NCBI GenBank assembly: GCA_018672235.1
Contig: JABHGE010000003.1
Coordinates: 3,699 to 67,698 of the forward strand
DNA: 64,000 nt
Reading direction: 5' to 3'
Origin: Fidelibacterota bacterium
Lineage (GTDB): Bacteria; Fidelibacterota; Marinisomatia; Marinisomatales; Marinisomataceae
Shown here: positions 29,297-37,986 of the stretch, piece by piece
How positions within the stretch are numbered: position 1 is the stretch's first letter
How the letters are laid out: each line of letters opens with the position of its first letter
Notes under the pieces: generated by a model
Told to the model about the DNA's origin: nothing
The model's input: only the letters and a program-made list of their open reading frames with translations
Databases searched by the model: none
Position numbers and translations under genes: made by a program

Positions 29297-30403
29297 ATGA
29301 AAAAAGAAAAAATAGTATTGGGGATTAGTGGTGGAGTTGATAGCTCTGTCGCTGCACTTCTTTTGCAAAAAGATGGATATGATGTGCATGGAGTATTTAT
29401 GAAAAACTGGGACGATAAACATGCTATATGTTCCGCAGAAGACGATTATGCTGACGCTTTAAGTGTATGTAAAAAACTGAAAATTCCTCTAAAAAAAATT
29501 GATTATACTGCTCAATATAAAGATAAGGTATTTAAACAATTTTTAGATGATCATGTACATGGACTTACCCCAAATCCTGACGTATTATGTAATAAAGAAA
29601 TCAAATTTGAAGTTTTTCAGAATTACGCCAAAGAAATAGGTGCAACAAAAATTGCTACAGGGCACTATGCAAATAACTATACGACTGACTCTACTTGCTA
29701 TCTAAAAAAAGCAACAGACCAATCAAAGGATCAAAGCTATTTCCTTCATCAGCTAGGACAATCTGAGTTAAAAAATACAATCTTCCCTTTAGGTAAAATT
29801 CTAAAAAAAGATGTAAGGAGTATCGCAAAAAAATATTCACTCATTAATCATAACAAAAAAGATAGTACTGGAATATGCTTTATAGGAGAAAGAAAATATA
29901 ATGATTTTGTAGGAAAATATTTAACCATAGAAAAAGGAGGTATTCAATCACTTGATGGAGAAATTTTAGGTAAGCATGATGGGCATATTTACTTCACGAT
30001 TGGCCAAAGAAAAGGTTTAGGTATTGGTGCAAGATTTAGCGCTGAAGACAAGCCTTGGTATGTAGTAAAAAAAGATACCTATCATAATATTGTCTTTGTG
30101 GCGCAAGGCGAAAATCATCCCGCCCTATTTAGTAAAAAAATTATAGTGGACGATATCAATTGGATAAATAAAAAACCTACAACTTTTCCAAGAAATTATT
30201 ATGCAAAAGTAAGGTATCGAGATGAAGATAAATTATGTACTGTCTTTTCTTTAGACAACAACACTTATTGCATTGAATTTGAATCAGAACAAAAAGCTAT
30301 CACTCCGGGACAATCAATTGTTCTTTATAATGAAGAAAATGTTTGTATTGGAGGTGGTATTATATCAAAAAGAGACATACCTTTTTTAAAGGAAACTATC
30401 TAA
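29297..30403 (+). CDS. mnmA: tRNA 2-thiouridine(34) synthase
   Basis: 368 aa. It has the PP-loop GISGGVDSSVAA, NPDVLCNKEIKF, ATGHYA and DQSYFL motifs. Confidence 0.92.
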   Translation: MKKEKIVLGISGGVDSSVAALLLQKDGYDVHGVFMKNWDDKHAICSAEDDYADALSVCKKLKIPLKKIDYTAQYKDKVFKQFLDDHVHGLTPNPDVLCNKEIKFEVFQNYAKEIGATKIATGHYANNYTTDSTCYLKKATDQSKDQSYFLHQLGQSELKNTIFPLGKILKKDVRSIAKKYSLINHNKKDSTGICFIGERKYNDFVGKYLTIEKGGIQSLDGEILGKHDGHIYFTIGQRKGLGIGARFSAEDKPWYVVKKDTYHNIVFVAQGENHPALFSKKIIVDDINWINKKPTTFPRNYYAKVRYRDEDKLCTVFSLDNNTYCIEFESEQKAITPGQSIVLYNEENVCIGGGIISKRDIPFLKETI

Positions 30404-31128
30404 TGAATAATCAATTACATATCGGTATTCTGGCAGCGGGTAAGGGTTCAAGAATGGAGTCAAACCTACCAAAAGTATTACATCAATTAAATGGAAAAAG
30501 CTTAATTGACTATGTATTAGATACGGCATCACAATTAACGCCAAAATCAATAACGCTTGTAGTGGGATTTGAAAAAGAACTTGTCAAAGACCATACGCGT
30601 GCACGTAAAATAGATTATGTATCGCAAGATCAACAGCTAGGAACTGGACATGCTGTTCTTCAAATGGCTAATAAGCTAGAAAACCAAAGTGGGCATTTAT
30701 TAATCTTATCTGGTGATGTTCCAAATACAAAATCTACTAGCCTTATGCCTATAATTGATGAACATATAAATAAAAATCACAATGCAACCGTTATTACTGC
30801 TATAGTTAACGACTCAACAGGATATGGTCGAATCATAAGAGGAGATACTGGCCAGCTATTGAAGATTGTTGAAGAAAAAGATTGTACGTCAGGTGAAAAA
30901 AAGATTAAAGAAATCAATTCGGGAATATTTATTTTTAAAATTTCACATTTATTTGAAGAATTAAGAAAAATAAAATCAAACAATGCACAAAATGAATACT
31001 ATCTAACTGATGTGATGGAGTTGATTGGTAAAAAAATGCCCATACAAGCAAAAATAGTTGAAGATTCTTCAGAGGTTATGGGAATTAATGACATAAATCA
31101 ATTAAGCTCTTTGGAAAAGAATAAGTAG
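30403..31128 (+). CDS. glmU: UDP-GlcNAc pyrophosphorylase domain protein (GlmU N-terminal domain only)
   Basis: The start is at MNNQLHIGILAAGKGSRM (TAATG overlap with mnmA), giving 241 aa. It is collinear with the E. coli GlmU uridyltransferase domain (LAAGKGSRM, LPKVLH, QLGTGHAV, LSGDVP, TGYGRI, EINSGIF, NAQNEYYLTD). It ends at the linker (GINDINQLSSLEKNK) with no left-handed beta-helix acetyltransferase domain. Confidence 0.8.
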   Translation: MNNQLHIGILAAGKGSRMESNLPKVLHQLNGKSLIDYVLDTASQLTPKSITLVVGFEKELVKDHTRARKIDYVSQDQQLGTGHAVLQMANKLENQSGHLLILSGDVPNTKSTSLMPIIDEHINKNHNATVITAIVNDSTGYGRIIRGDTGQLLKIVEEKDCTSGEKKIKEINSGIFIFKISHLFEELRKIKSNNAQNEYYLTDVMELIGKKMPIQAKIVEDSSEVMGINDINQLSSLEKNK

Positions 31129-31601
31129 TGAAATATTTTCTTGATTTTATTATCATTACACTATCATTCATCATTATAGTCTTTGGATGGTCTTTATCAA
31201 AAAATCTTCTTAATAAAGAAGCCTTAACGAGTAATCCCTCTTCTAATATAGAATCCATGCCAAAAATTAAGCTATTTGAAAATTATGATAATCAAACTTT
31301 GAAGGTGGCTATATTAAATGGATGTGGAATAAGTGGAGTGGGAAATCAATTTTCTGAACTATTAAATAATAAATATGGACTGGTTATTGTAAGAACTGAA
31401 AATGCAAATAATTTTGATTATGAAACAACGAAGGTGGTTATTATTAATGACTCTAATCCTAATATTGAGAACTTACTTACAATTTTAGGCATGAATATTA
31501 ATGATGAAGATGTAGAATTTAATAGCTCTTATAGCCCTGAAGAAGATATTCAAATAATCATTGGAAAAGACTACTTAGATTTTCTTAACTTGAACTCATG
31601 A
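31128..31601 (+). CDS. LytR_C-domain membrane protein
   Basis: 157 aa with a GTG start overlapping the previous stop. An N-terminal TM is followed by a KVAILNGCGISGVGNQFSELL pattern typical of the LytR/CpsA/Psr C-terminal domain. Confidence 0.6.
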   Translation: MKYFLDFIIITLSFIIIVFGWSLSKNLLNKEALTSNPSSNIESMPKIKLFENYDNQTLKVAILNGCGISGVGNQFSELLNNKYGLVIVRTENANNFDYETTKVVIINDSNPNIENLLTILGMNINDEDVEFNSSYSPEEDIQIIIGKDYLDFLNLNS

Positions 31602-31927
31602 AAACAAATCCACTATTAAAAAAAATTGTTGGTCTTGCTGAAGAAAAAAAGGCTGAAGATTTAGTAACGCTCAATGTTTCTAAGATTACTTCTTTGTCTG
31701 ATTATTTTGTTATTTGCTCTGCTAAAAACCTTATACAAGTGAAAGCAATTGCTGATAATATTAAAGATAATATTAAAGAAAAACCCTTTCGTACTGAAGG
31801 ATACCAAAATGCTAATTGGATTATTATTGATTATGTAGATATAGTAGTACACATCTTTTTTGAAGAAGCGCGTGAATACTATGATCTAGAACGTCTCTGG
31901 TTTGATGCAAAAACTGTAAAGATATAA
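31598..31927 (+). CDS. rsfS: ribosome silencing factor
   Basis: 109 aa. The DYFVICSAKNLIQVKAIADNI ... WIIIDYVDIVVHIF pattern (RsfS/Iojap) is present. It has an ATGA overlap upstream and a TAATG overlap downstream. Confidence 0.85.
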   Translation: MKTNPLLKKIVGLAEEKKAEDLVTLNVSKITSLSDYFVICSAKNLIQVKAIADNIKDNIKEKPFRTEGYQNANWIIIDYVDIVVHIFFEEAREYYDLERLWFDAKTVKI

Positions 31928-33546
31928 TGATTCAAACAAAATTAGAATCTTTTATAAGCGACTATTTAAAATCTAACAACTTTGAACTTTCTAATTGGAA
32001 TGTGGCAATAAATACAAGAGAAGGCTTTGGAGACTATTCATCTAATGTTGCACTAATCTTATCAAAAAAAATTGGTAAAAATCCGATGGAGATTGCTGAA
32101 GCAATAGTTGCCTATCAAAATAAAGAGGGGGAACTTTTTTCTGTTTCTGCTACTAAGCCTGGCTTTGTTAATTTTGATATTTCAATCGATTACTACTTAG
32201 ATATCATGAATAGTATTTTAGAGGAAGGCGCCAACTTTGGAAAGCCTGCAAAACATGAAAAGTCAGCTAATGTAGAATTTGTCAGTAGCAATCCTACCGG
32301 ACCATTAACTGCCGGTCATGGTAGAAATACTATACTTGGCGATATGGTATCAAGCATATTATCATGGCATGGATATAATGTTACGAGAGAGTATTATTAT
32401 AATAATGCAGGAAAGCAAATGCGCATGCTAGGTGAATCGTCTTATGCAAAATATGCAAAAAAAATTGGCAAGAATGTTACGCCGCCAGAAAATGGTTATG
32501 TTGGAGAATATTTAGACGATATTGCAGATAAAATTATCACAAAATTTGGAAAAGATTTAGATTCGAATAGCGAATATTTTAGAACTTTTACAGAAGAAAA
32601 AATCTTTGACAGCATTAAGAATACTTTAAAAAGCCTAAGAATTGAATTTGATCTTTTTTCTCAAGAACAAAAATTTTATGATAATGGTGCAATAGATAAT
32701 GTATTAAAAAAATTAGACGAACTATCTTTGACGTATAAAAAAGATGGTGCTACTTGGTTTAAGACTAGCAGTCTAGGAAAAGAAGAAGATAAAGTCTTAG
32801 TAAAAAGCACTGGTGAACCTACCTATCGCCTACCTGATATTGCATACCATATTGATAAAGTAGATAGAGGATTTGATTTAATTGTAGACATCTTTGGTGC
32901 AGACCATATCGAGACATATCCAGATGTTTTACTTGGACTGAAAGCTCTTGGCAAAAGAACAGATCATATTAAAGTTGTAGTACACCAATTCGTAACTCTT
33001 AAAAAAGACAACCAGGTTGTAAAAATGTCCACGCGTAAAGCAAACTTTATTACACTAGACGATCTTATTGATCAATTAGGGGTAGATGTTGTGAGATATT
33101 TCTTTATTATGAGGGGAGCAAATAGCCACTTAGACTTTGATTTTGATTTAGCAAAAGATGAGTCTGAAAAAAATCCTGTTTATTATCTACAGTATGCACA
33201 TGCAAGAATTTCTAATTTAATTGCAAGATATGATAGTGACATAAACCAAAAAACAGGTCTTGATTTAAGTCTATTAATAGAAAAAGATGAAATATTATTA
33301 ATAAAAAAACTATCTGCATTTCCAACAAAGATGGGTGAGATACATGAATCTTTAGAACCAAGTAAATTAGCTACCTATCTTCAGGAAGTTGCTGCATCAT
33401 ATCACAAATTTTATGGGAATCATAAGGTTATTGATCATAATAATATTCCCTTGTCTTATGCCAGAAAGAATCTCTGCAATGCTACACAAATTATTTTAAA
33501 AACAGGGTTATCTATTCTAGGCATCACTGCACCTGAAAAAATGTAA
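31927..33546 (+). CDS. argS: arginine--tRNA ligase
   Basis: 539 aa. It has SSNPTGPLTAGHGRN (HIGH region), KMSTRK (KMSKS-like) and the C-terminal DALR anticodon-binding pattern. Confidence 0.92.
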   Translation: MIQTKLESFISDYLKSNNFELSNWNVAINTREGFGDYSSNVALILSKKIGKNPMEIAEAIVAYQNKEGELFSVSATKPGFVNFDISIDYYLDIMNSILEEGANFGKPAKHEKSANVEFVSSNPTGPLTAGHGRNTILGDMVSSILSWHGYNVTREYYYNNAGKQMRMLGESSYAKYAKKIGKNVTPPENGYVGEYLDDIADKIITKFGKDLDSNSEYFRTFTEEKIFDSIKNTLKSLRIEFDLFSQEQKFYDNGAIDNVLKKLDELSLTYKKDGATWFKTSSLGKEEDKVLVKSTGEPTYRLPDIAYHIDKVDRGFDLIVDIFGADHIETYPDVLLGLKALGKRTDHIKVVVHQFVTLKKDNQVVKMSTRKANFITLDDLIDQLGVDVVRYFFIMRGANSHLDFDFDLAKDESEKNPVYYLQYAHARISNLIARYDSDINQKTGLDLSLLIEKDEILLIKKLSAFPTKMGEIHESLEPSKLATYLQEVAASYHKFYGNHKVIDHNNIPLSYARKNLCNATQIILKTGLSILGITAPEKM

Positions 33547-33552
33547 AGTATT

Positions 33553-33774
33553 ATGTCTACTTTAACCAGACGAAAGTTTATTCGAAGAAGCTTAATCCTT
33601 TCTGCGGGGGCATCTCCTACAAGCTCTCAAGATACTGCTCTAGCAAACTATATTGGCTTAGCTGAAGGACATATCCATTTTGCTGGAGAACATGCATCAA
33701 ATGACCGCGGTTGGATGCAAGGAGCTTTAGTCTCTGGTTTACGCGCAGCTACAGAAATTAATAATTCAAATTAA
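33553..33774 (+). pseudogene. remnant of a TAT-exported flavin amine oxidase (signal peptide fused to the last ~45 residues)
   Basis: The 73-codon ORF begins with MSTLTRRKFIRRSLILSAGA, a twin-arginine signal. This is followed directly by GHIHFAGEHASNDRGWMQGALVSGLRAATEI, the C-terminal FAD-binding signature of the amine oxidase family. The roughly 400-aa catalytic body is missing. Confidence 0.6.
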
Positions 33775-34475
33775 TGCTAATTATAGGTCATAGAGGGGCT
33801 CGCGGGTATATAGCTGAAAATACCTTGGAATCTATTCAGAAGGCTTTGGACTTGAATGTTGATGGAGTAGAAATAGATGTCTACCAATGTGCTTCAGGAG
33901 AAATTGTAGTCTTTCATGATAGTAACCTCAATCGACTTACCGGCAATAAGGGGTTTATTGAAAAGACTAATTTTGATGAATTAAATACAATCTTGGTAAA
34001 AGGAAACTATAAAATACCTACTCTAGGGCAAGTACTGGAATTAATAGCTGGTAGTGTATTATTAAATATTGAGTTAAAGGGTAAAAATACCGCTATTTTA
34101 ACCGCTGCTATACTAAAAAAATATCTTCAGAATTCGCAGTCTGACATAAAAAATTATATTGTTTCTAGTGATAACTGGAATGAATTAACACTTTTCAAAA
34201 ATCAAAATACTGGTATCCCTATTGGTGTACTCAGCCATACCTCTTTATTGCTACAAAAAGAGCTTAATGATATCATTGAAAAAGGTAAGGAGTTGAATGC
34301 TGTTGCTATACATCCAAAATTTTCTCTTTTAAGTAAAAGAGCAATAGATAGAATGCATTCCTCTGGATTTTTAGTATATAGTTGGACTATTAACAGACCA
34401 AAAGATGTTAAACGAGCCATTCAATTAGGGGTAGATGGTATTATTACAGATTTTCCAGATCGTATTATCAGATAA
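33774..34475 (+). CDS. glycerophosphodiester phosphodiesterase
   Basis: 233 aa with no signal peptide. It has IIGHRGARGYIAENTLESI, VEIDV, FHD and LNIELK motifs (GDPD family). Its start overlaps the remnant ORF stop as TAATG. Confidence 0.85.
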   Translation: MLIIGHRGARGYIAENTLESIQKALDLNVDGVEIDVYQCASGEIVVFHDSNLNRLTGNKGFIEKTNFDELNTILVKGNYKIPTLGQVLELIAGSVLLNIELKGKNTAILTAAILKKYLQNSQSDIKNYIVSSDNWNELTLFKNQNTGIPIGVLSHTSLLLQKELNDIIEKGKELNAVAIHPKFSLLSKRAIDRMHSSGFLVYSWTINRPKDVKRAIQLGVDGIITDFPDRIIR

Positions 34476-34481
34476 TATATG

Positions 34482-34825
34482 TGGAGGCGGGGAGATTCGA
34501 ACTCCCGTCCATAATAGAGAAAAGATAAATATCTACATGTTTAGTTTCCTGATCGAGTTTTGCCTTATACAGGTTCAAGAACAGACGAATATAAGACTAT
34601 CTTCTAAGGTTCACTTATTTAGTCGAAGCAAAAAAATAAGTTATCTCATTTTTATGACATCATTCAGACAGCGATGAGAAACGCCTACTGATGATGGGTT
34701 ATAGCAACTAAGCTACAGCCATTTGGCCATAATCGGCACTTAATACGGTTTAGAAGTTTAAAGAGGTACTAAGCTCTACATGCAATTTAAAATTTCTTTC
34801 TAAAATGTCGAAACCGGTCGCCCCC
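34482..34825 (-). ncRNA. ssrA: tmRNA (transfer-messenger RNA)
   Basis: The 5' end GGGGGCGACCGGTTTCGACA (reverse complement from 34825) pairs with the 3' end GGACGGGAGTTCGAATCTCCCCGCCTCCA (ending at 34482). This gives an acceptor stem with a G3:U pair and a TTCGAATC T-loop. CCA is not encoded. The candidate tag ORF GCC GAT TAT GGC CAA ATG GCT GTA GCT TAG (34737..34708) encodes ADYGQMAVA. Confidence 0.9.
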
Positions 34826-34870
34826 AATTGTCAAATACTTTGGAAGATACAACCTTTTTTATAAACAAAA

Positions 34871-34900
34871 AAGACTCTGTAGCGCCAACCTCAGAGTCTT
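34871..34900. other. bidirectional terminator-like hairpin
   Basis: AAGACTCTG (34871-34879) pairs with CAGAGTCTT (34892-34900) around a 12-nt loop. It is flanked by A6 on the left and T4 on the right, so either strand yields a hairpin plus U-tract. On the minus strand the tract is T6. Confidence 0.45.
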
Positions 34901-34934
34901 TTCGATTGCTTGTATTTGCGTACAATATCTAATT

Positions 34935-34961
34935 AAAGACTACTATAAACTAATAGTCTTT
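34935..34961. other. second hairpin with related stem (AAAGACTA/TAGTCTTT)
   Basis: An 8-bp stem with an 11-nt loop, followed by T on the plus strand. It shares the AAGACT...AGTCTTTT core with the hairpin at 34871-34900. Confidence 0.35.
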
Positions 34962-35069
34962 TATGGAATTCGTCAATACTTAAATGCTGAAATGCAAAAA
35001 AAAAATTGAAGAATCTATTTTTTCCATTACCGAATCTGGATTCTCGACCTTAAATTAATGCCTAGTTTT

Positions 35070-35141
35070 GCTGACGTAGCTCAATGGTAGAGCAGGGGCC
35101 TTTTAAGCCCTTGGTTGTAGGTTCGAGTCCTTCCGTCAGTA
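35070..35141 (+). tRNA. tRNA-Lys (anticodon UUU)
   Basis: A manual cloverleaf fits: acceptor GCTGACG/CGTCAGT, D-arm GCTC-AATGGTA-GAGC, anticodon arm GGGGC-CTTTTAA-GCCCT and T-arm GTAGG-TTCGAGT-CCTTC (one T:T mismatch), with discriminator A. CCA is not encoded. Confidence 0.88.
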
Positions 35142-35154
35142 CTAAGTTCTATTA

Positions 35155-37986
35155 ATGGGATTAATTACAATGTCTGAATTTCACAATAAACATATCGGTC
35201 CTACTTCTACAGAAGTCCAAGAAATGCTTTCTTACCTTGAATGCAACAGTTTAAATGATCTACTTGAAAAGATTGTGCCAAAAAATATTTTAGACATTGA
35301 TGGCGACTCTATCGGAAATGAAAATTTTTCTGAAAATGATATTTTAAAATATGTCAAAGAAATTGGATCAAAGAATAAAATCTTTCGCTCGCTCATTGGT
35401 CAAGGGTATTATGATACCATTACGCCTAATGTAGTATTGAGAAATATTTTAGAAAGCCCAGGATGGTATACGCAATATACGCCGTATCAACCTGAAATTT
35501 CTCAAGGAAGATTGGAGGCGCTTCTTAACTATCAAACCATGATATCGCAAATTTGTGAATTACCGATAGCTAACGCTTCTTTGTTAGATGAAGGAACTGC
35601 AGCTGGAGAAGCTATGCTCATGTTCTATAGAAAGAATAGGTCTGATTCTAATAAATTTCTTATCGATGAAAATTGCTTTCAACAAACTATTGATGTTATA
35701 GTATCAAGAGCAAAACCTCTTGGTATTGAAATTGAAATTGTATCGTATGAAAACTTTGATTATCAAGATGCGTTTGGATGCATTGTTCAATATCCAGATC
35801 GTTTTGGGAGAATTGCTAATCCTGATGCCTATAAAAATATTACAGACAAAGCCCGTGAATCTAATTGTAAGGTAATTTTTGCTACAGACTTGATGTGTTT
35901 ACAACTATTCCAATCTCCTGGCTCTTACAATGCAGATGTTGCCGTAGGTAATAGTCAAAGATTTGGAGTGCCTTTAGGCTATGGTGGACCTCATGCGGCA
36001 TTTATGACTACTACAGAAGAATTTAAAAGGGATATTCCTGGTAGAATTGTAGGAGTCTCACAAGATAGAAGAGAGAACCAAGCTTATAGATTGACGCTTC
36101 AGACTAGAGAGCAACATATTAGAAGAGAAAAAGCTACTTCAAATATCTGTACTGCTCAAGTACTCCTGGCTATTATTTCTAGTATGTATGCTATTTTTCA
36201 TGGCCCAAAAAAATTAAAAGCGATTGCAAATACAATTCATGCTCACACTAAACATCTTGCAAAAAAATTGAGTGCACAGGGTCATGAAATTATTTTAGAT
36301 AACGAATTATATTTTGATACTCTATCAATTGAGTTAAATGGTCTAGATCAAAAGACCTTAGAAAATAGAGCTTTGGCCAAACTATATAATTTTAAATATC
36401 ATAATGAAGGATTAGTGGGTATTTCATTGGATGAAAAAACTTCTGAAAAAGAGATAGAAGAAATTGCTGATCTATTTGCTACAGATTTCGTGTCAAATAG
36501 TCTTAATCCTGAATTTAATACTAATAGAAATGGGGTGACTTTACAGCATTCTATTTTTAATAGCATTAATTCAGAAACAGAGATGTTACGATATATACAC
36601 AAATTAGAGAAAAGAGATCTTTCTCTTAACCATAGTATGATTCCATTAGGGTCTTGTACTATGAAATTGAATGCTACTGTAGAAATGATTCCTATTAGTT
36701 GGCCTGAGTTTAATACGATTCATCCTTTTGCACCGGCGAACCAAACAGAGGGTTATAAAGTGATTATCGATCAATTAGAAATGATGCTTTATAAAGTCAC
36801 TGGATTTGATGCTGTTTCATTTCAACCTAATTCTGGAGCCCAAGGAGAATATGCTGGCTTACTTACAATACAAGAATACCATAAGACCCATGATGCCGAT
36901 AGAAATGTTTGTATTATCCCTGAATCTGCACATGGAACCAATCCAGCAAGTGCAATTATGGCTGGATTAAAAGTGGTGATTGTAAAATGTGACGATAATG
37001 GAAATATTGATTTTGAAGATTTAACAAATAAAGTTGTTGAAGCTGGTGATAAGCTATCTTCCCTAATGGTGACTTATCCTTCTACTCATGGAGTTTTTGA
37101 ACATAATATTGATGAAATCTGTGCTTTAATTCATAGTAATGGTGGACTTGTATATATGGACGGAGCAAATCTCAATGCTATGGTAGGTGTTTGCAAGCCA
37201 GGTAATTTTGGTGCTGATGTTATGCACATTAATCTACATAAAACATTTTGTATTCCACATGGAGGTGGAGGTCCAGGAATGGGCCCTATATGTGTAAATG
37301 ATAAGTTAAAACCTTATCTACCTAAACATCATTTTACCGATGAAGACTATTCGTATTCTGTATCATCTTCACCCTATGGTAGTGCAAGCATTTTATTAAT
37401 CTCATATATTTATATGAAATTAATGGCTGGAGAAGGACTGCTTAAAGCCTCTCAAGTAGCAATTTTAAGCGCCAACTATATGGCAAAAAGATTAGAAAAA
37501 GATTACAAAATCTTATATCGTGGTAATGCGGGATTAAATGCACATGAATTTATTATTGATTGTAGAGATTTCAAAAATACTGCAGGCATTACTAATGAAG
37601 ATATTGCAAAAAGATTGATTGACTATGGATACCATGCACCAACAATGTCATGGCCGATACCAGGGACATTAATGATTGAACCTACTGAAAGTGAATCTAA
37701 GGATGAATTAGATAGGTTTTGTGAAGCAATGATTGGAATAAAAAAAGAAATTAATGAAATCATACAAGGAGAAATTCCTCAAGATAATAACGTTCTAGTG
37801 AATGCGCCTCATACTGTTTCAGACATTTGTGAAGATTGGGATCGTCCCTATAGTAAAGAAAAAGCTGTGTTCCCAAAAGAGTGGATTAAAGAAAATAAAT
37901 TTTGGCCATATGTTTCTAGGATTGATAATGCATACGGAGATAGAAACTTTTTCTGTATTTGTCCAGATATAGAAGATTATAAATAA
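35155..37986 (+). CDS. gcvP: glycine dehydrogenase (decarboxylating), single-chain P-protein
   Basis: 943 aa, with an alternative start at MSEFHNKHIGP (35170). Motifs are YTPYQPEISQGRLE and NLHKTFCIPHGGGGPG (PLP-lysine region). The length is typical of fused GcvP. Confidence 0.93.
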   Translation: MGLITMSEFHNKHIGPTSTEVQEMLSYLECNSLNDLLEKIVPKNILDIDGDSIGNENFSENDILKYVKEIGSKNKIFRSLIGQGYYDTITPNVVLRNILESPGWYTQYTPYQPEISQGRLEALLNYQTMISQICELPIANASLLDEGTAAGEAMLMFYRKNRSDSNKFLIDENCFQQTIDVIVSRAKPLGIEIEIVSYENFDYQDAFGCIVQYPDRFGRIANPDAYKNITDKARESNCKVIFATDLMCLQLFQSPGSYNADVAVGNSQRFGVPLGYGGPHAAFMTTTEEFKRDIPGRIVGVSQDRRENQAYRLTLQTREQHIRREKATSNICTAQVLLAIISSMYAIFHGPKKLKAIANTIHAHTKHLAKKLSAQGHEIILDNELYFDTLSIELNGLDQKTLENRALAKLYNFKYHNEGLVGISLDEKTSEKEIEEIADLFATDFVSNSLNPEFNTNRNGVTLQHSIFNSINSETEMLRYIHKLEKRDLSLNHSMIPLGSCTMKLNATVEMIPISWPEFNTIHPFAPANQTEGYKVIIDQLEMMLYKVTGFDAVSFQPNSGAQGEYAGLLTIQEYHKTHDADRNVCIIPESAHGTNPASAIMAGLKVVIVKCDDNGNIDFEDLTNKVVEAGDKLSSLMVTYPSTHGVFEHNIDEICALIHSNGGLVYMDGANLNAMVGVCKPGNFGADVMHINLHKTFCIPHGGGGPGMGPICVNDKLKPYLPKHHFTDEDYSYSVSSSPYGSASILLISYIYMKLMAGEGLLKASQVAILSANYMAKRLEKDYKILYRGNAGLNAHEFIIDCRDFKNTAGITNEDIAKRLIDYGYHAPTMSWPIPGTLMIEPTESESKDELDRFCEAMIGIKKEINEIIQGEIPQDNNVLVNAPHTVSDICEDWDRPYSKEKAVFPKEWIKENKFWPYVSRIDNAYGDRNFFCICPDIEDYK

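Noticed and set aside
29264-29422. N-terminal extension of the PfkB kinase ORF (and the similar 30343-30402 extension of the glmU-like ORF)
   Set aside because: The extensions are low-complexity, overlap the neighbouring mnmA gene and precede internal Met codons that align with the conserved family N-termini (MTSNYSHKALVFGS; MNNQLHIGILAAGKGSRM).
34435-34677. 80-aa plus-strand ORF downstream of the GDPD gene
   Set aside because: It overlaps the tmRNA gene on the opposite strand. The tmRNA is supported by acceptor-stem pairing, a T-loop and a tag frame. The ORF is a six-frame artefact.
34980-35154. Possible glycine riboswitch upstream of gcvP
   Set aside because: Only an isolated ACCGAA hexamer is present. 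The conserved GGAGAG / CACCGAAGGGGCAA cores and tandem aptamer stems are absent, and most of the space is occupied by tRNA-Lys.
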